Below the pieces are notes generated by a model that saw only the letters and a list, made by a program, of their open reading frames with translations, did no database searches and was not told the origin of the DNA. Positions 51,637 to 64,000 of a stretch of DNA of 64,000 nucleotides are shown here, in pieces (the stretch's first letter is position 1; the number at the start of each line of letters is the position of its first letter). Origin of the DNA: Zygnema circumcarinatum SAG 698-1b. Taxonomy: Eukaryota > Plantae > Zygnematophyceae. The stretch spans positions 519,492 to 583,491 of the forward strand of contig CM074822.1 of NCBI GenBank assembly GCA_037447605.1, read 5' to 3'. The position numbers and the translations under genes are program-made.

Positions 51637-52079
51637 GGCGGGCCTCACTGTGGGGCTGCTGCTCGCAGAGGGGCCAGTCACAGAACTTAGTCTCTCAAGG
51701 GAGAGGGAAAGGGAGGGAGAGGGAGAAAGCGAGAGAGAACGAGAGAGAGAGAGAGGGCGATGGCGGGAGCGGGAGAGGGAGAGGTAGAAAGCAAGGAAGA
51801 GATGGAGGAAGAGGAAGCAAGCGCGCGAGAGAGAGAGAAAGGGCGAAGGACGAAGGGAGTATGAGAGGGCCAGGTGGAAATTAAGTGAGAGAGGGAGAGG
51901 GAGGGAGGGTGGCAGGTGGCGGCGGAGTCTCAACCGCCGCCCTTTGGCGGCAGCGGCGCCGGGCGGCAGCGGACACGCGGCACGTGCCAAGTGGCCGAGG
52001 CGGCCACCCGCCCGGCATGCCCGCGGGGGACCCGGGCGGGGACGTACGGAAGCTTGGGGGCCACGACAAGAAGGACGCG

Positions 52080-53100
52080 TCGGTAGTGGATTACGTGGCA
52101 CAATACCAGAATGACACGTCAGCTTTCACATGCGGGATTCCTGGAAAAGATGCGAGCTGGACCAATAGGGAGACGACACGTGAAGGAATCTTTTGCGAAT
52201 TTGAGAGTATGTGTGGATGCCACGTGGGATATGGAAGATCCGCGTCACACGGCAGATTTCGGGGCTTTTGTACTTTTTTCGCACGTTCGAACGGACGGGT
52301 CGTCGTGGTTTCCAGGAGGGGAAGGCGTGCCGGTTACGGACGGGGCAGGGCTGTGAAAATAACGGGGCGATCGGCCAACGGAAATCGAGTTTTGTGCCAC
52401 GTGGCTGGTTGTGATTGGATGTGGTGGATGGTTTGGTGAGAACCTGTCGCTGTCGGTGGGGCTCCCGTTGGACTTTTTGTGCCGGAAGGTCGAAAAGGCG
52501 GCCAGGTGTAGTGAACCTGACGATGGTGAAATTCAAAAGTTAATAAAAGCAGAAAATTGCCGATAAAAATAGCACATAATGGATCGTATGTTGGCGCCGT
52601 CGATTCAATGCATCCGACGGTTTAGATTCATTTAAAAATGAAAAAGTTTATTTGAGCGATTCTGCTCCAATTGAATAATTTCAACGGCCGGAAGTGCCGT
52701 CCTGAGCACGTTTGTCACTTAGTGACTGTACGAATGCTTTATCGTTTCGGAACGATCCAAGTTCGAGCATTCAAAAAATCGTGGTCGCTTTGTCGCTTCG
52801 CAATGACCAATTTGTCGGATCGGCCTTGTCGCCACGCCAGCACCTGGTCACGTGCTGCCCAGTCAGCTCCGGCGCCCCTTCCGCGTGGAAGGGGCACACG
52901 TGGCAGCCCGCCAATGTCGTGCACTTTCCACGTCATCCGGCGTACCCTTCTGCGATTCGATGAGGCGCATGTTAACGTTGTGCGCACGTGGCGCGCCTGA
53001 GGCGGTTGGATCCGTTTCCCGGAAAGGCGGCAAGCGACCTTCCTTGACCAACTCGGAAGAATCGGCCAATGGCAGCATGCCACGTGTACATGTGCCTCCC
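52080..53100 (-). promoter_or_regulatory. G-box/ABRE-rich upstream region of the kinase
   Basis: Numerous ACGTG cores (e.g. GATTACGTGGC, GACACGTGAA, GCCACGTGGG, GCCACGTGGC, GTCACGTGC, GCACACGTGGC, GCACGTGGCG, GCCACGTGT) lie 450-1450 nt upstream of ATG 51636. Confidence 0.45.
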
Positions 53101-53473
53101 AATTGGCTAATATATATTTACCGGTCAAAGGCCGGTGAGATGAATGTTTGATCGTCCGATCTTTGCCGATCTGTTATCTCGTTTCTCTGACGATCTGGAC
53201 CGTCCGTTTAGCATTGACCAGATTTGTTGCCGTTTACTTGTTTGAATTCCGGAACTTTCGGAACATAGCGGTCAATTTCAGAATATCGGAATAAATATCA
53301 GTAGGACTTCGTACGCCGTCGGATCCCCAAGAATCCCGGGCCACGTCAGATCCGACGGCGTCCAATAACTCTTGTACGAGCCATTTTTTTTTGAAATAGA
53401 GAAGGGTGTAGGGTTTAGTTGGAAGGTTTAGTTCTGTGGGGTTTTAGGGGTGCCTAAGGGTTTTGGTGTAGGG

Positions 53474-53528
53474 TTTAGGGTTTTAGGGTTTTAGGGTTTT
53501 AGGGTTTTAGGGTTTTAGGGTTTTAGGG
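53474..53528 (+). repeat. Interstitial telomere-like array TTTAGGG(TTTTAGGG)6 in a degenerate field (~53405-53790)
   Basis: Six perfect TTTTAGGG copies at 53481-53528. Confidence 0.85.
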
Positions 53529-55324
53529 GGTCAAAACTTAGGGTCGAGGGATAGAGTTTAGGGTTTAAGGGTGCCAAAATTTAGGTTCGAGGGATAGGGT
53601 TTAGGGTTAGGGTTTACAATTTAGGATTAGGTTTAGGGTTTAGGGTTTTAGGTGTTAGTTCAGGATTTAGGTATTTTTAAGGCGTTAGGGGTTTAGGGTT
53701 AAGAGTTTAAGTTTCTTAGATTTCAGGGTTTGGTTTTGGCATAGGGTTTTGGGGCTTTTTGGTTGTAGGGTTCAGGGTTTTAGGGTTTTATTCATTTCTC
53801 ATTTCTCATTTCTCAAAATGAATCGTGTTCACAAATACAGGAGTTTTTTCTTATCCCAGAAACTGGTTTTGAATTTTTTTTTTTTCGAGAAGCTAAATTC
53901 TTTTATTTCTATTTTTCTAAACCTGTTCGGTTTTACGGAAGTTAAGAATGGTATTTTTTTTTTTTTTTTCGCCCAGTGCCCGAAAGCTACACGTGGGTGG
54001 GCTCCACCCCTTTTTGAATTTCTAAGTTCAAAAAAAGTAAACGTGTTTTTTAAAATCCATCCCAAAATCTTATACTTACCATCTGTACCCAACATTAACT
54101 CTCGATACAATATTGACCTCTGGTCAACTCCACTTTCCAATGTTGAGTCCATAAAATAATTAACTCTCCACAAACATAAGCAAAGGGAGTGCTTCGTCCG
54201 GTCCCATCTCCCATCTCCCCCCTTCTCCTCCCCCCCCCCCCCCCCCACCAATGCCGGTCCATCCACATCTAACTCTTTCTCATACTTTTCCTTCTTTGAT
54301 ATTAAGATAGCTTTTTTTTTAACGCTAAAACAAGGGCCTCCTCCTCCCTCCCTTCCCTCCTCCCTCCTCCCTCCTCCCTCCTCCCTCCCTCCCTCCTCCT
54401 CCCTCCTCCCTCCTCCCTCCTCCCTCCCTCCCTCCTCCCTCCTCCCTCCTCCCTCCTCCCTCCTCCCTCCTCCCTCCTCCCTCCTCCCTCCTCCCTCCTC
54501 CCTCCTCCTCCTCCCTCCCTCCTCCCTCCTCCCTCCTCCCTCCTCCCTCCCTCCTCCCTCCCTCCCTCCTCCCTCCTCCCTCCTCCTCCCTCCTCCCTCC
54601 CTCCCTCCTTTGGACACTTTTTAACTCTAAAAACAATCAAAACCCGAAAAACCCTAAAAGGCCACTCCCTCCCTCCTCCCACCCTCCTCGCTCCCTCCCT
54701 CCCTCCCCCTCTCCTTCCTCCCTCCCTCCTCCCTCCTCCCTCCTCCTTCCTCCCTCCTCCCTCCTCCCTCCTCCCTCCTCCCTCCCTCCCTCCCTCCCTC
54801 CCTCCCTCCTCCTTCCTCCCTTCCTCCCTCCTCCCTCCCTCCCTCCTCCCTCCTCCTCCTCCCTCCTCCCTCCTCCCTCTCCTCCCCTCCTCCCTCCTCC
54901 CTCCTCCCTCCCTCCCTCCTCCCTCCCTCCCTCCTCCCTCCTCCCTCCTCCCTCCTCCCTCCTCCCTCCCTCCTCCTCCCTCCTCCCTCCTCCCTCCTCC
55001 CTCCTCCTCCTCCTCCACTCCCTCCTCCCTCCTCCTCCTCTCCTCCTCCCTCCTCCTCCTGCTCCCTCCTCCCTCCTCCCTCCTCCCTCCTCCCTCCTCC
55101 CTCCTCCCTCCTCCCTCCCTCTCTCCTCCCCTCCTCCCTCCTCCCTCCTTTGTGATTACTTTTTGACCTTCTAAAACAATCAAAACCCTACAAAACCCTA
55201 CAAACCCTAAGGCCTCACTCCCTCCCTCCCACCTCCTCCCTCCCTCCCTCCTCCCTCCCTCCCTCCTCCCACTCCCTCCCTCCCTCCCTCCCTCACCCCT
55301 CCCCTCCCTCCCTCCCTCCCTCCC

Positions 55325-57022
55325 TCAGTCCCAACACCAGTATCCCGGCTGTAGGGCGAATCTCTCTATGGCCTCCGCCAACCCGTCCTCATCGTTCCCT
55401 CTCGTCACAACCCTCGCCGCCCTCTTAACGCTCCGCCCCGCGTTGCCCATCGCCACGCTCAGCCCCGCCATACGCAGCATCTCGAGGTCGTTCTCGCCTG
55501 CCACCCGCCACTCTCTCTCCCTCTCTCTCTCTCTCTCTCACTCAGCTCACATCTTCATTTGAAGTTTTCAGGAGAAAGAAAGAAAGAGCCAAACTATCAC
55601 TTCCTCGTATCCTCTCAGCCAAGGCAATGATCACGAATAATAAATAGGCTGTGTCTCCCTTTTCTCTGCCGCTCCCTCTCTCATTCCCTGTCTCTGCCTC
55701 TTGTCTCTCGCTCTCGCGCACTCCCTCGCTTTCCCACTGTGTCTCTCTCACTCCCTCCTCGCTCTCTCGTTCCCTCTCACTCTCCCGTTCCCTCTCGCTC
55801 TGACTCTCACCCCCTCTCTCGCCCTGTCTCTCTCTCCCCGCGTCCCCTGCCCCGCCTCTCTTCTCCTCCCCCCTCCCCCTCCCCCCCTCTCCGTGCCTTC
55901 TCCTCCCACTCCCCCTCCCCTCCCCTCTCTCCCCTCCTCCTCCCCTCCCCACGTCCCCCCTCTCCGCGTCCATCCCCCTCCTCCCCTCCCCTCTTCCCCC
56001 CTTTCCCCCCCCCTTCTTCCCCTCCCCTCTTTCCCCCTCTCCCCCCCCCCTCCCCCTCCCTCTTCTCCCCCCTCGTCCCCGTCCCTTATCCCCCCCTTTA
56101 CCCTCNNNNNNNNNNCACCGTCTCCCACCGCCATCATATTCTCCGCCTTCACTCCCATCCTCTCCAGCACCCAGGCCACGCCTCCGCCCTTGGATGTGCC
56201 AGCTGGCAGAATCTCAAGCATCCCTTCAATGGCCCTCACCACCGTGGCCCTCTCCCCCAATAGCCTCTCGACACGTGGCCTCAGCCTGTCAAGCATTTCA
56301 TCCTCTCCCATATACAGCACCTGCTCCCCCCCCCTCTCCCTCACCCCTCATCTCTGTGAATTCTCTCTCTATCAATGCTTTTGTTTCTTAAACCCACTCT
56401 CTAATGTCGATAAATCTATAAATCTTCTATGTTACCCAGTAATTACTGATTATAACTCGTTTTCTTTTTTTCTTTCTTTTCAATTCTCGTCTTTACCTTA
56501 TGAATGGCCGTACTTCCGACAATATTTTTTAAGGGTCCGACCGGCTCCGGTGTGGGCTCTCCGAATCCGATCATTCGGTCCGTGTGGTGGTCGGCTACTT
56601 CACATAGTCTAAAGAAAAAAAAAAAAAAAAAGATGGGAGAAGGGTTGAAAGAGTAAGAAGTTAATATGCTCCGATTTCGCTGAGACATATTCCTTCGGAC
56701 TAGCCGCACCACAAACCCTAAAAAATGTGTCTCTATGCGCATAATCTGTTTCACTGTGCTAACAACTTTTTGACCTTAAAACTGGAGACAGCCAATTGCA
56801 CCTAGATTTCATCACGTGACGTCACGTGACGTCACACCATGACGTACATTCGCTCCCCGCAGTAGGCGATGTGCGTCACACCCTCCGCCACCGCCAACCG
56901 GATGACGTCATCCGCCAGCTCGTCCTCCATGGTCCTCTCGTACAGCAGTTCGCCGTTTGCTCCGTAAATCTGCAAACCCTGCATCCGCACACACACAGAA
57001 ACTACCCCGTCAGTCCTCTCGT

Positions 57023-57088
<66 letters not shown>

Positions 57089-59830
57089 CTCTCAACCCCA
57101 CTTCTGCCCGCTATTCTCTCCTCCACTCCTTTCTTGACTCTCTCTCTCTTTCTTTCTCACTTTCACCCACCCTCCTGCCCGCCAGCTCTCTCTCCCTCTT
57201 CTCTCTCCTCCCACTCTCTCTCCCTCTCACTCTCTCTCTTCCCCTCCTGCTCGCCCTCTATCCACTCTCAATCTTCCCCCTCCTCTCCCTCTCTTCCCTC
57301 CTCCCTCACTCTGTCTGTCTCTCTTCGGAATCCCACTCCCTCCCTCTCGTCAGGCACTCTCTCTCCCTCTCCCTCCCTCTCGCCAAGCACTCTCTCTCCC
57401 TCTCCCCGTCTCTCACACAAACGTAGAAAGATACGTAAATTCGAAGGCTCTAAACTACGAAAAAGGAGCATTAACCCGTGCAGCTCTACCGTTTGCATGC
57501 TCTGGGAATGGCTGCTTTCCGCACTTCCAAAACTTACTTGCAGAAATACCGCCGGGGTTGAAAGTTGAAGGCGAGGAAAAATTTCCTTTACCCACGGACC
57601 CCGCGATTTCCCCGTTGCAATGATCACCTGCAAAAATATAAATAAAGAAATCAATAGATATTAAAAAATTAATACAATCTATTCAAACCTCGACATATAC
57701 CTCCGTTACCACCATCATTCGTCTAAGAAAACGACCCAACAAGCTCAACCCGTCCAACGGAATTCCGTTATTCCCTACTGAACTGTTTCAGGGTTCTCAG
57801 GGTTTTCAGGGTTTTTAGGGTTTTTAGGGTTTTTAGAGTTTGTAGGGTTTTTAGGGTTTTTAGGGTTTTAGGGTTTTAGGGTTTTAGGGTTTCTGCCTGC
57901 AAATGCATATACCCACCTTCACGCCCTGCTCTGTCGCCATTTTGATGGCGTTCTCTGTCCGTTGGCTCAGTTCCTGTTTACTGTTTAGGAGCGTTCCGTC
58001 GACATCCGTTGCAATAACTTCAATGTTGCACTGCGACTCATAGAACGCTTCGCGCATGCCATCTGCTCTCCGATGCTGAACTGCTCGCGGAGCAATTTGA
58101 GAGTCTTCAAGGGAGACAAGAGCAGACTGAGTTTGGAGGGAGGGCAGACTTCTCTTGAAAGAAGGAGATTGGGCCTACGACAAGGAGAACACTTAAGCAA
58201 GGTTTCAGGCAGCAGTAGCAGGGCAGGGCAGGAGGGAAGTGGGGGAGAGGGAGGGGGAGGGGGGGAGGGGGGGGGGGGGGGGNNNNNNNNNNGAGAGAGA
58301 AGGGAGGGGAGAAGTGAGAAGAGGGGAAGAGAGCTGGGGGGTAGGAGGGGGAGTGAGAGAGAGAGAAAGAAAGTGAAAAGTGAGTAGCGGGGGAGAGCTG
58401 GCGAGCAAGAACGGGGAGAGAGAGAGAGAGAGATGGAGAGAAGGGGGGAGTGAGAAGAGGGGAGGAGAGCTGGCCTGCAGGGGGGGAGAGATAGAGAGTG
58501 GGAGAGAAAGGAGAGGAGGGGGAGAGAGTTGGCGGGCAGGAGAAGGGGGAGAGAGAGCGAGAGAGAGAGAGAGAGAGAGATGAAGGGGAGGGGCATTTCA
58601 GGGCTTTTTGCTTTTGCCTCGTTAGGTTCAGGTTTATGGTTAAGTCTTAAAGTAGAAAGGGTGTTACGGTGAATGAGTGGAGGTTGTAGATGAGCAGTTA
58701 AGAATAGGATGTGCCTGTAGCGATGTGAGAAGAGGATAAATGCACAACGTAGAAAAAGCTGGGACGGATAATGAATTAGGGTCCTGGCTTAGTTTGGGAA
58801 CATAGGGAGAAGGACATAAACTACTAATAAGAAACGATATTGAATCGAAAGAACTTCAAATCCTCAGATGCTATTTCATTCGTGGGCTACAAAAGCGCTT
58901 GCAGGCTTCATGCTGCCACTAAGAGTGAATTAAGAAAATTAAAGACAAGAACACTTGTTTGGATACAGTAGTCGATGCCTGTCTCTGGTTGACCGATCCA
59001 CTTTAAATCGGCTAGATAATGGTAAGCTTAGTGAACCACAAAGAAGTTCGAAAGATTAAGCGAGCTTCTTTTTTTTTAAATAAAAAAAGTTAACTTAAGA
59101 GTTGAATAGCTTCAATGAAGGCGCCCATGCAGCTTCCTCTCTTCCTCGATCCCACTTCCTTCTCTATCTTCCTCCATCTCTTACGTTTCCTTCCGCTCTC
59201 TCTCCCCCTCATTCTATCGATCGCTTCCTTTCCTTTACTTTCGCTCTTCATCTCTGACTGATCCACTTCTTCCCACTCTCGTCTCTCCCCCCTTCCCTCC
59301 CGCGTCAAACTCCACCTCCCTCCATTCCTCCACCTTCCTCTCTTCTCTATCCCTCTCTCCCTCACTGCCTCCCTCCTCTCTCCCTCATTCACTCCCTCGT
59401 CCCTCCCTGCCTCCTTCCCTCCATCTCCCTCCTCTCGCCCTCCCTGCTTCCCTCACTCCCTCCCTTCCTCCCTCCCTCCTCCCTTCCTCCTTCCCTCTCT
59501 TGTCCCTCCTTTCCCTCTCTCTCCTCCACTCAGCTTCCGTGCGATTAAAAATGCCCGTTCTAAACAGCATAATGCCGATCAGGAATCCTGCGGCTTCCTT
59601 TTTCACATGTGCCCCTCTTTCCATCCGAAATCTATCAGTAAAGCGACAAAGCATGCCGCTACATGCCACATCCACATCCTGCACACATAAGAACCCTACA
59701 ATGCAGCGATCACATCCACCCGGCCGCATCTCACCGGCCGCCATTCCCCAAAGGCGGCGCCTTTACTCCAAGCCCATCCCCTCTGCGTTGTCGCAAAGCT
59801 CTGCGATGGGAGGCAGCATTGACCCGCCAT
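55325..59830 (-). CDS. Cof-type HAD-superfamily (IIB) hydrolase with a putative organellar transit peptide (353 aa)
   Basis: Exons 59830-59735, 58174-57917, 57627-57538, 56978-56848, 56608-56497, 56320-56119 and 55497-55325 (1062 nt, phase-compatible). Motif I ATDVDGTLLN, motif II IIATGKS, motif III EILPAGTSKG and motif IV AVGDGENDLEML...VAMGNA. Exon 1 is the least certain. Confidence 0.88.
57787..57892 (+). repeat. Degenerate T4-5AGGG telomere-like array in HAD intron 2
   Basis: Mixed TTTTTAGGG, TTTTAGGG and TTTCAGGG units. Confidence 0.8.
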
Positions 59831-60444
59831 AGCGGGAGAGATACAGAGGGAGACGGAGAGAGAGAGGGAGAGGGAGGCAGAGGGGGAGAGAGAGAGAGGG
59901 AGAGGGAGGGAGAGAGGGGGCGAGGGGACAGAGAGATAGGAGACAGAGGGAGAGCTAGGGAGAGGGAGGGAGAGATGGGGGCGAGGGAGAGAGAGGGAGA
60001 GGGAGGGAGGGACAGGGAGACAGGGAGAAAGTGGTAGCGGGAGGTGGAGTGGGAAAGAGAGGGAGCCGCCGAGCACCTGCACGCCCCTCCAAGAAGTCGG
60101 GTCGCACGTGCGACACAGTGCTCCCATTGGCCGCCGAGTCCGCACCACACGCGAGGTCGAGCTTTCATGGCCTCAAATTTTCCCAACTTGGGCAACTTTT
60201 GCTGACGTAGCTCAGTTGTTGCTGACGTCACATCAAGTTGACGACACGTGGCGCTTTTATATTGGCTCTCAGCGACGCCGGGACTTAAATTAAAACAGAA
60301 AACTACACAAATAGAACTTTCCGTCTCGCACATGCGGAGGATTCTGAAAAACTTTCAGCAGTTGGAAAACTTTTGGTTTGCGGGTTGCAAACCGAAAAAC
60401 GTCCGGTTCGCAAACTTGAGAGCTCACCGGTTTTGAAAAAAGTT

Positions 60445-60575
60445 GGGGTTTCTAGGGTTTTTAGGGTCTTAGGGTTTATAGGGTTTTAAATTTTAAGGGT
60501 TTAGGGCTTTAGGGTCTTTAGGGTTTTAGGGTTTAGGGTTGTAGGGGGGTTTAGAGTTTTTAGGTTTGTAGGGTT
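60445..60575 (+). repeat. Degenerate telomere-like TnAGGG field upstream of the HAD gene
   Basis: About ten TnAGGG-like units. Confidence 0.7.
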
Positions 60576-61871
60576 TTTTTTATGGAAACGCGCACTAGTA
60601 AGGAAAGGACACGTGGAGGCGCCCCATTGGCCGGCCCGGCGGCCTAATTTAGGGTTTCAAATAGCCCTGAAAACTCTCAAAACTGCTCTCCGGTTTGAAA
60701 GGAGGAACCTTGTTTTTGTGGTTGAAATGTGGGACGTGAAGGGCAACAAAAGAAACAAGAGGAGGAGGCAGACGGTGAACAAGAGCGACATGAAAAAACA
60801 ATAACAGCAATGTCATGAGAAACGTTCCCAACAACGACTGCAACAACCTAAACCTTTCCAAGTTCTAACAACAACTAAAACAAGTAAGTCATCAACTTAC
60901 TTTTTCTGTTTGGATCGACGTTTCAAGTGTTTTTTAGGGCACAATTGCAAGATAGTAAAAGCACACTGCATTATGTTCATCAAGGCTTTGTCTACAGCTC
61001 AAAAATTGTACAACATATGTACATCTTTAGAAGGTTCTAGTTCTTCTAGATCACTTCACAACCTATGTACATTTGCACGCAGTCTAAAGTTTCGATATAT
61101 TGCCCAAAAACTAGAGGCGGCAGCAACAAGGGTTTCAATCTTGCAAAAACAGGCCGAATGGAAACCTGAATAAGCACTGAATCTTCCCCCAGATTCGGTC
61201 CAGATTCATCGAGTCTTGAACCCCAATTCCACCTGAAAACACCATTTTTCCACCGCCTGTTTTGCAAGATTGAAACCCTCTCATGATGAGGCGACACTGC
61301 TCAGAACATAGCCTCAGAATGTCTTGAATCCCAATATGTGGCCTGCTATAGGCACACTGAACCAGATTCTAGGTGGTTAAAAGCACACTGCAGATGTCTG
61401 ATCGGTTAAAGACACACTACACGTTGTGCACATTTCACCACCCTACAAGCCCTCAACTAGCTCTTAGCTTCTTTCTATTGTGTGCTTAGGTCCTTTGCGA
61501 CCAATCCCTCGTGGTTCCACATCATGCTTTTGTCCATATACATTTGATGGCCTCGCCATCGTGAGTTCAATGCCATTCTCCCTCAACTAGTCGTGGGAGC
61601 TTTTCCATAAATTTATGAGTAGGGCTGCCTCGACGTTTCCTAGCGGGTTTAGAGGGGACAGATAATTTGTACAAAAACATCTCCTTATTCAGCTGCATAG
61701 GTGGTAGAGATGTGCACGTATACTCCATCATGCGCCATCCTGTGCTTTCTTGAAACTCTGAGCACTCCCATGGCTCAAAGAAAGGACAAAAAACGAAAAA
61801 GGCATCATGAGAAAGAGAGGCAAACAAAACATCGCCAATCTGACGAATTGATCCGAGAACCTATCAGTGTG

Positions 61872-64000
61872 AAAGGCATAGTACAGGTGCTTATGAATGG
61901 AAGGGAAACCCTAATTCAGTCAAAGGAATAGTACAGATTCTTATGAATGGAAGGGAAACCCTAATTCAGTCAAAGGCATAGTACAGATGATTATGAATGG
62001 AAGGGAAACCCTAATTCAGTCAAAGGCATAGTGCAGATGCTTATGAATGGAAGGGGAACCCTAATTCAGTCAAAGGCATAGTACAGGTGCTTAGGAATGG
62101 AAGGGGAACCCTAATTCAGTCAAAGGCATAGTACAGATGCTTATGTGCTTAGGATAGTGGTGCTTAGGGGAAGGGGAACCCTAATTCAGTCAAAGGCATA
62201 GTACAGATGCTTATGAATGGAAGGGGAACCCTAATTCAGTCAAAGGCATAGTACAGGTGCTTAGGAATGGAAGGGGAACCCTAATTCAGTCAAAGGCATA
62301 GTACTTATGAAGGGGAACCCTAATTCAGTCAAAGGCATAGTACAGGTGCTTAGGAATGGAAGGGGAACCCTAATTCAGTCAAAGGCATAGTACAGATGCT
62401 TATGAATGGAAGGGAAACCCTAATTCAGTCAAAGGCATAGTACAGATGCTTATGAATGGAAGGGGAACCCTAATTCAGTCAAAGGCATAGTACAGATGCT
62501 TATGAATGGAAGGGGAACCCTAATTCAGTCAAAGGCATAGTACAGATGCTTATGAATGGAAGGGGAACCCTAATTCAGTCAAAGGCATAGTACAGGTGCT
62601 TATGGAAGGGGAACCCTAATTCAGTCAAAGGCATATGGAAGGGGGGGACCCTAATTCAGTCAAAGGCATAGTACAGGTGCTTAGGAATGGAAGGGGAACC
62701 CTAATTCAGTCAAAGGCATAGTACAGATGCTTATGAATGGAAGGGGAACCCTAATTCAGTCTTATATGAAGGGAAGGGGAACCCTAATTCAGGCATAGTA
62801 CAGGTGCTTAGGAATGGAAGGGGAACCCTAATTCAGTCAAAGGCATAGTACAGATGCTTATGAATGGAAGGGGAACCCTAATTCAGTCAAAGGCATAGTA
62901 CAGGTGCTTATGAATGGAAGGGGAACCCTAATTCAGTCAAAGGCATAGTACAGGTGCTTAGGAATGGAAGGGGAACCCTAATTCAGTCAAAGGCATAGTA
63001 CAGATGCTTATGAATGGAAGGGGAACCCTAATTCAGTCAAAGGCATAGTACAGATGCTTATGAATGGAAGGGGAACCCTAATTCAGTCAAAGGCATAGTA
63101 CAGGTGCTTAGGAATGGAAGGGGACAGGTGCTTAGGAATGGAAGGGGAACCCTAATTCAGTCAAAGGCATAGTACAGATGCTTATGAATGGAAGGGGAAC
63201 CCTAATTCAGTCAAAGGCATAGTACAGGTGCTTAGGAATGGAAGGGGAACCCTAATTCAGTCAAAGGCATAGTACAGATGCTTATGAATGGAAGGGGAAC
63301 CCTAATTCAGTCAAAGGCATAGTACAGGTGCTTAGGAATGGAAGGGGAACCCTAATTCAGTCAAAGGCATAGTACAGATGCTTATGAATGGAAGGGGAAC
63401 CCTAATTCAGTCAAAGGCATAGTACAGATGCTTATGAATGGAAGGGGAACCCTAATTCAGTCAAAGGCATAGTACAGATGCTTATGAATGGAAGGGGAAC
63501 CCTAATTCAGTCAAAGGCCTAATTCAGTCAAAGGCATAGTACAGATGCTTATGAATGGAAGGGGAACCCTAATTCAGTCAAAGGCATAGTACAGATGCTT
63601 ATGAATGGAAGGGGAACCCTAATTCAGTCAGGTGCTTAGGAATGGAAGGCATAGTACAGATGCTTATGAATGGAAGGGGAACCCTAATTCAGTCAAAGGC
63701 ATAGTACAGGTGCTTAGGAATGGAAGGGGAACCCTAATTCAGTCAAAGGCATAGTACAGGTGTTTAGGAATGGAAGGGGAACCCTAATTTAGTCAAAGGC
63801 ATAGTACAGGTGCTTAGGAATGGAAGGGGAACCCTAATTCAGTCAAAGGCATAGTACAAGGCATAGTACAGATGCTTATGAATGGAAGGGGAACCCTAAT
63901 TCAGTCAAAGGCATAGTACAGGTGCTTAGGAATGGAAGGGGAACCCTAATTCAGTCAAAGGCATAGTACAGATGCTTATGAATGGAAGGGGAACCCTAAT
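61872..64000 (+). repeat. 50-bp tandem satellite (~42 copies, continues past the window end)
   Basis: Unit GAATGGAAGGGGAACCCTAATTCAGTCAAAGGCATAGTACAGATGCTTAT. A period of 50 is visible directly (e.g. 62401 and 62451). Confidence 0.95.

Noticed and set aside
60900-61870. Possible retroelement remnant before the satellite
   Set aside because: No RT, integrase, gag or LTR motif was recognised in any frame.
61872-64000. CRISPR-like array
   Set aside because: The units are contiguous and near-identical with no unique spacers, there are no cas genes, and the context is eukaryotic.

Overview
Eukaryotic, intron-rich genomic DNA, most consistent with a streptophyte (a charophyte alga or an early-diverging plant; this is inferred from the gene families and the GA/CT-rich introns). 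Short runs of 10 N break the scaffold, and two duplicated blocks look like assembly redundancy. About ten spliced or intronless genes can be built. (1) A secreted ApoD-like lipocalin whose barrel is split by a ~200-aa helical insertion (732-4213, +). (2) Four divergent four-EF-hand calmodulin-like genes within ~35 kb (8976 +, 12438 +, 22510 -, 41687 +). (3) A 930-aa family-I pyrophosphatase homolog that has lost most catalytic residues and carries a ~640-aa disordered tail (16343-19495, +). (4) A TPR/J-like co-chaperone with an N-terminal membrane anchor and HDP in place of HPD (27219-~32999, +). (5) An intronless orphan with a zinc-finger remnant and a terminal EAR motif (38970-40343, +). (6) A group-C Raf-like kinase (-). 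(7) A Cof-type HAD hydrolase (-). Intergenic DNA holds a Mutator-like element with a perfect 9-bp TSD, a related ~890-bp foldback, twin hAT MITEs with 8-bp TSDs, two TA-flanked MITEs, a dispersed CCATTGG family, G-box/ABRE clusters and telomere-like arrays. A 50-bp satellite fills the last ~2.1 kb. Most long Pro/Leu/Ser or Gly/Arg/Glu ORFs in the track are artefacts of purine/pyrimidine tracts. The strongest candidates for undescribed biology are the split lipocalin, the pseudo-pyrophosphatase/IDR fusion, the EAR orphan and the CML cluster. No database searches were run; all family calls come from motif recognition.
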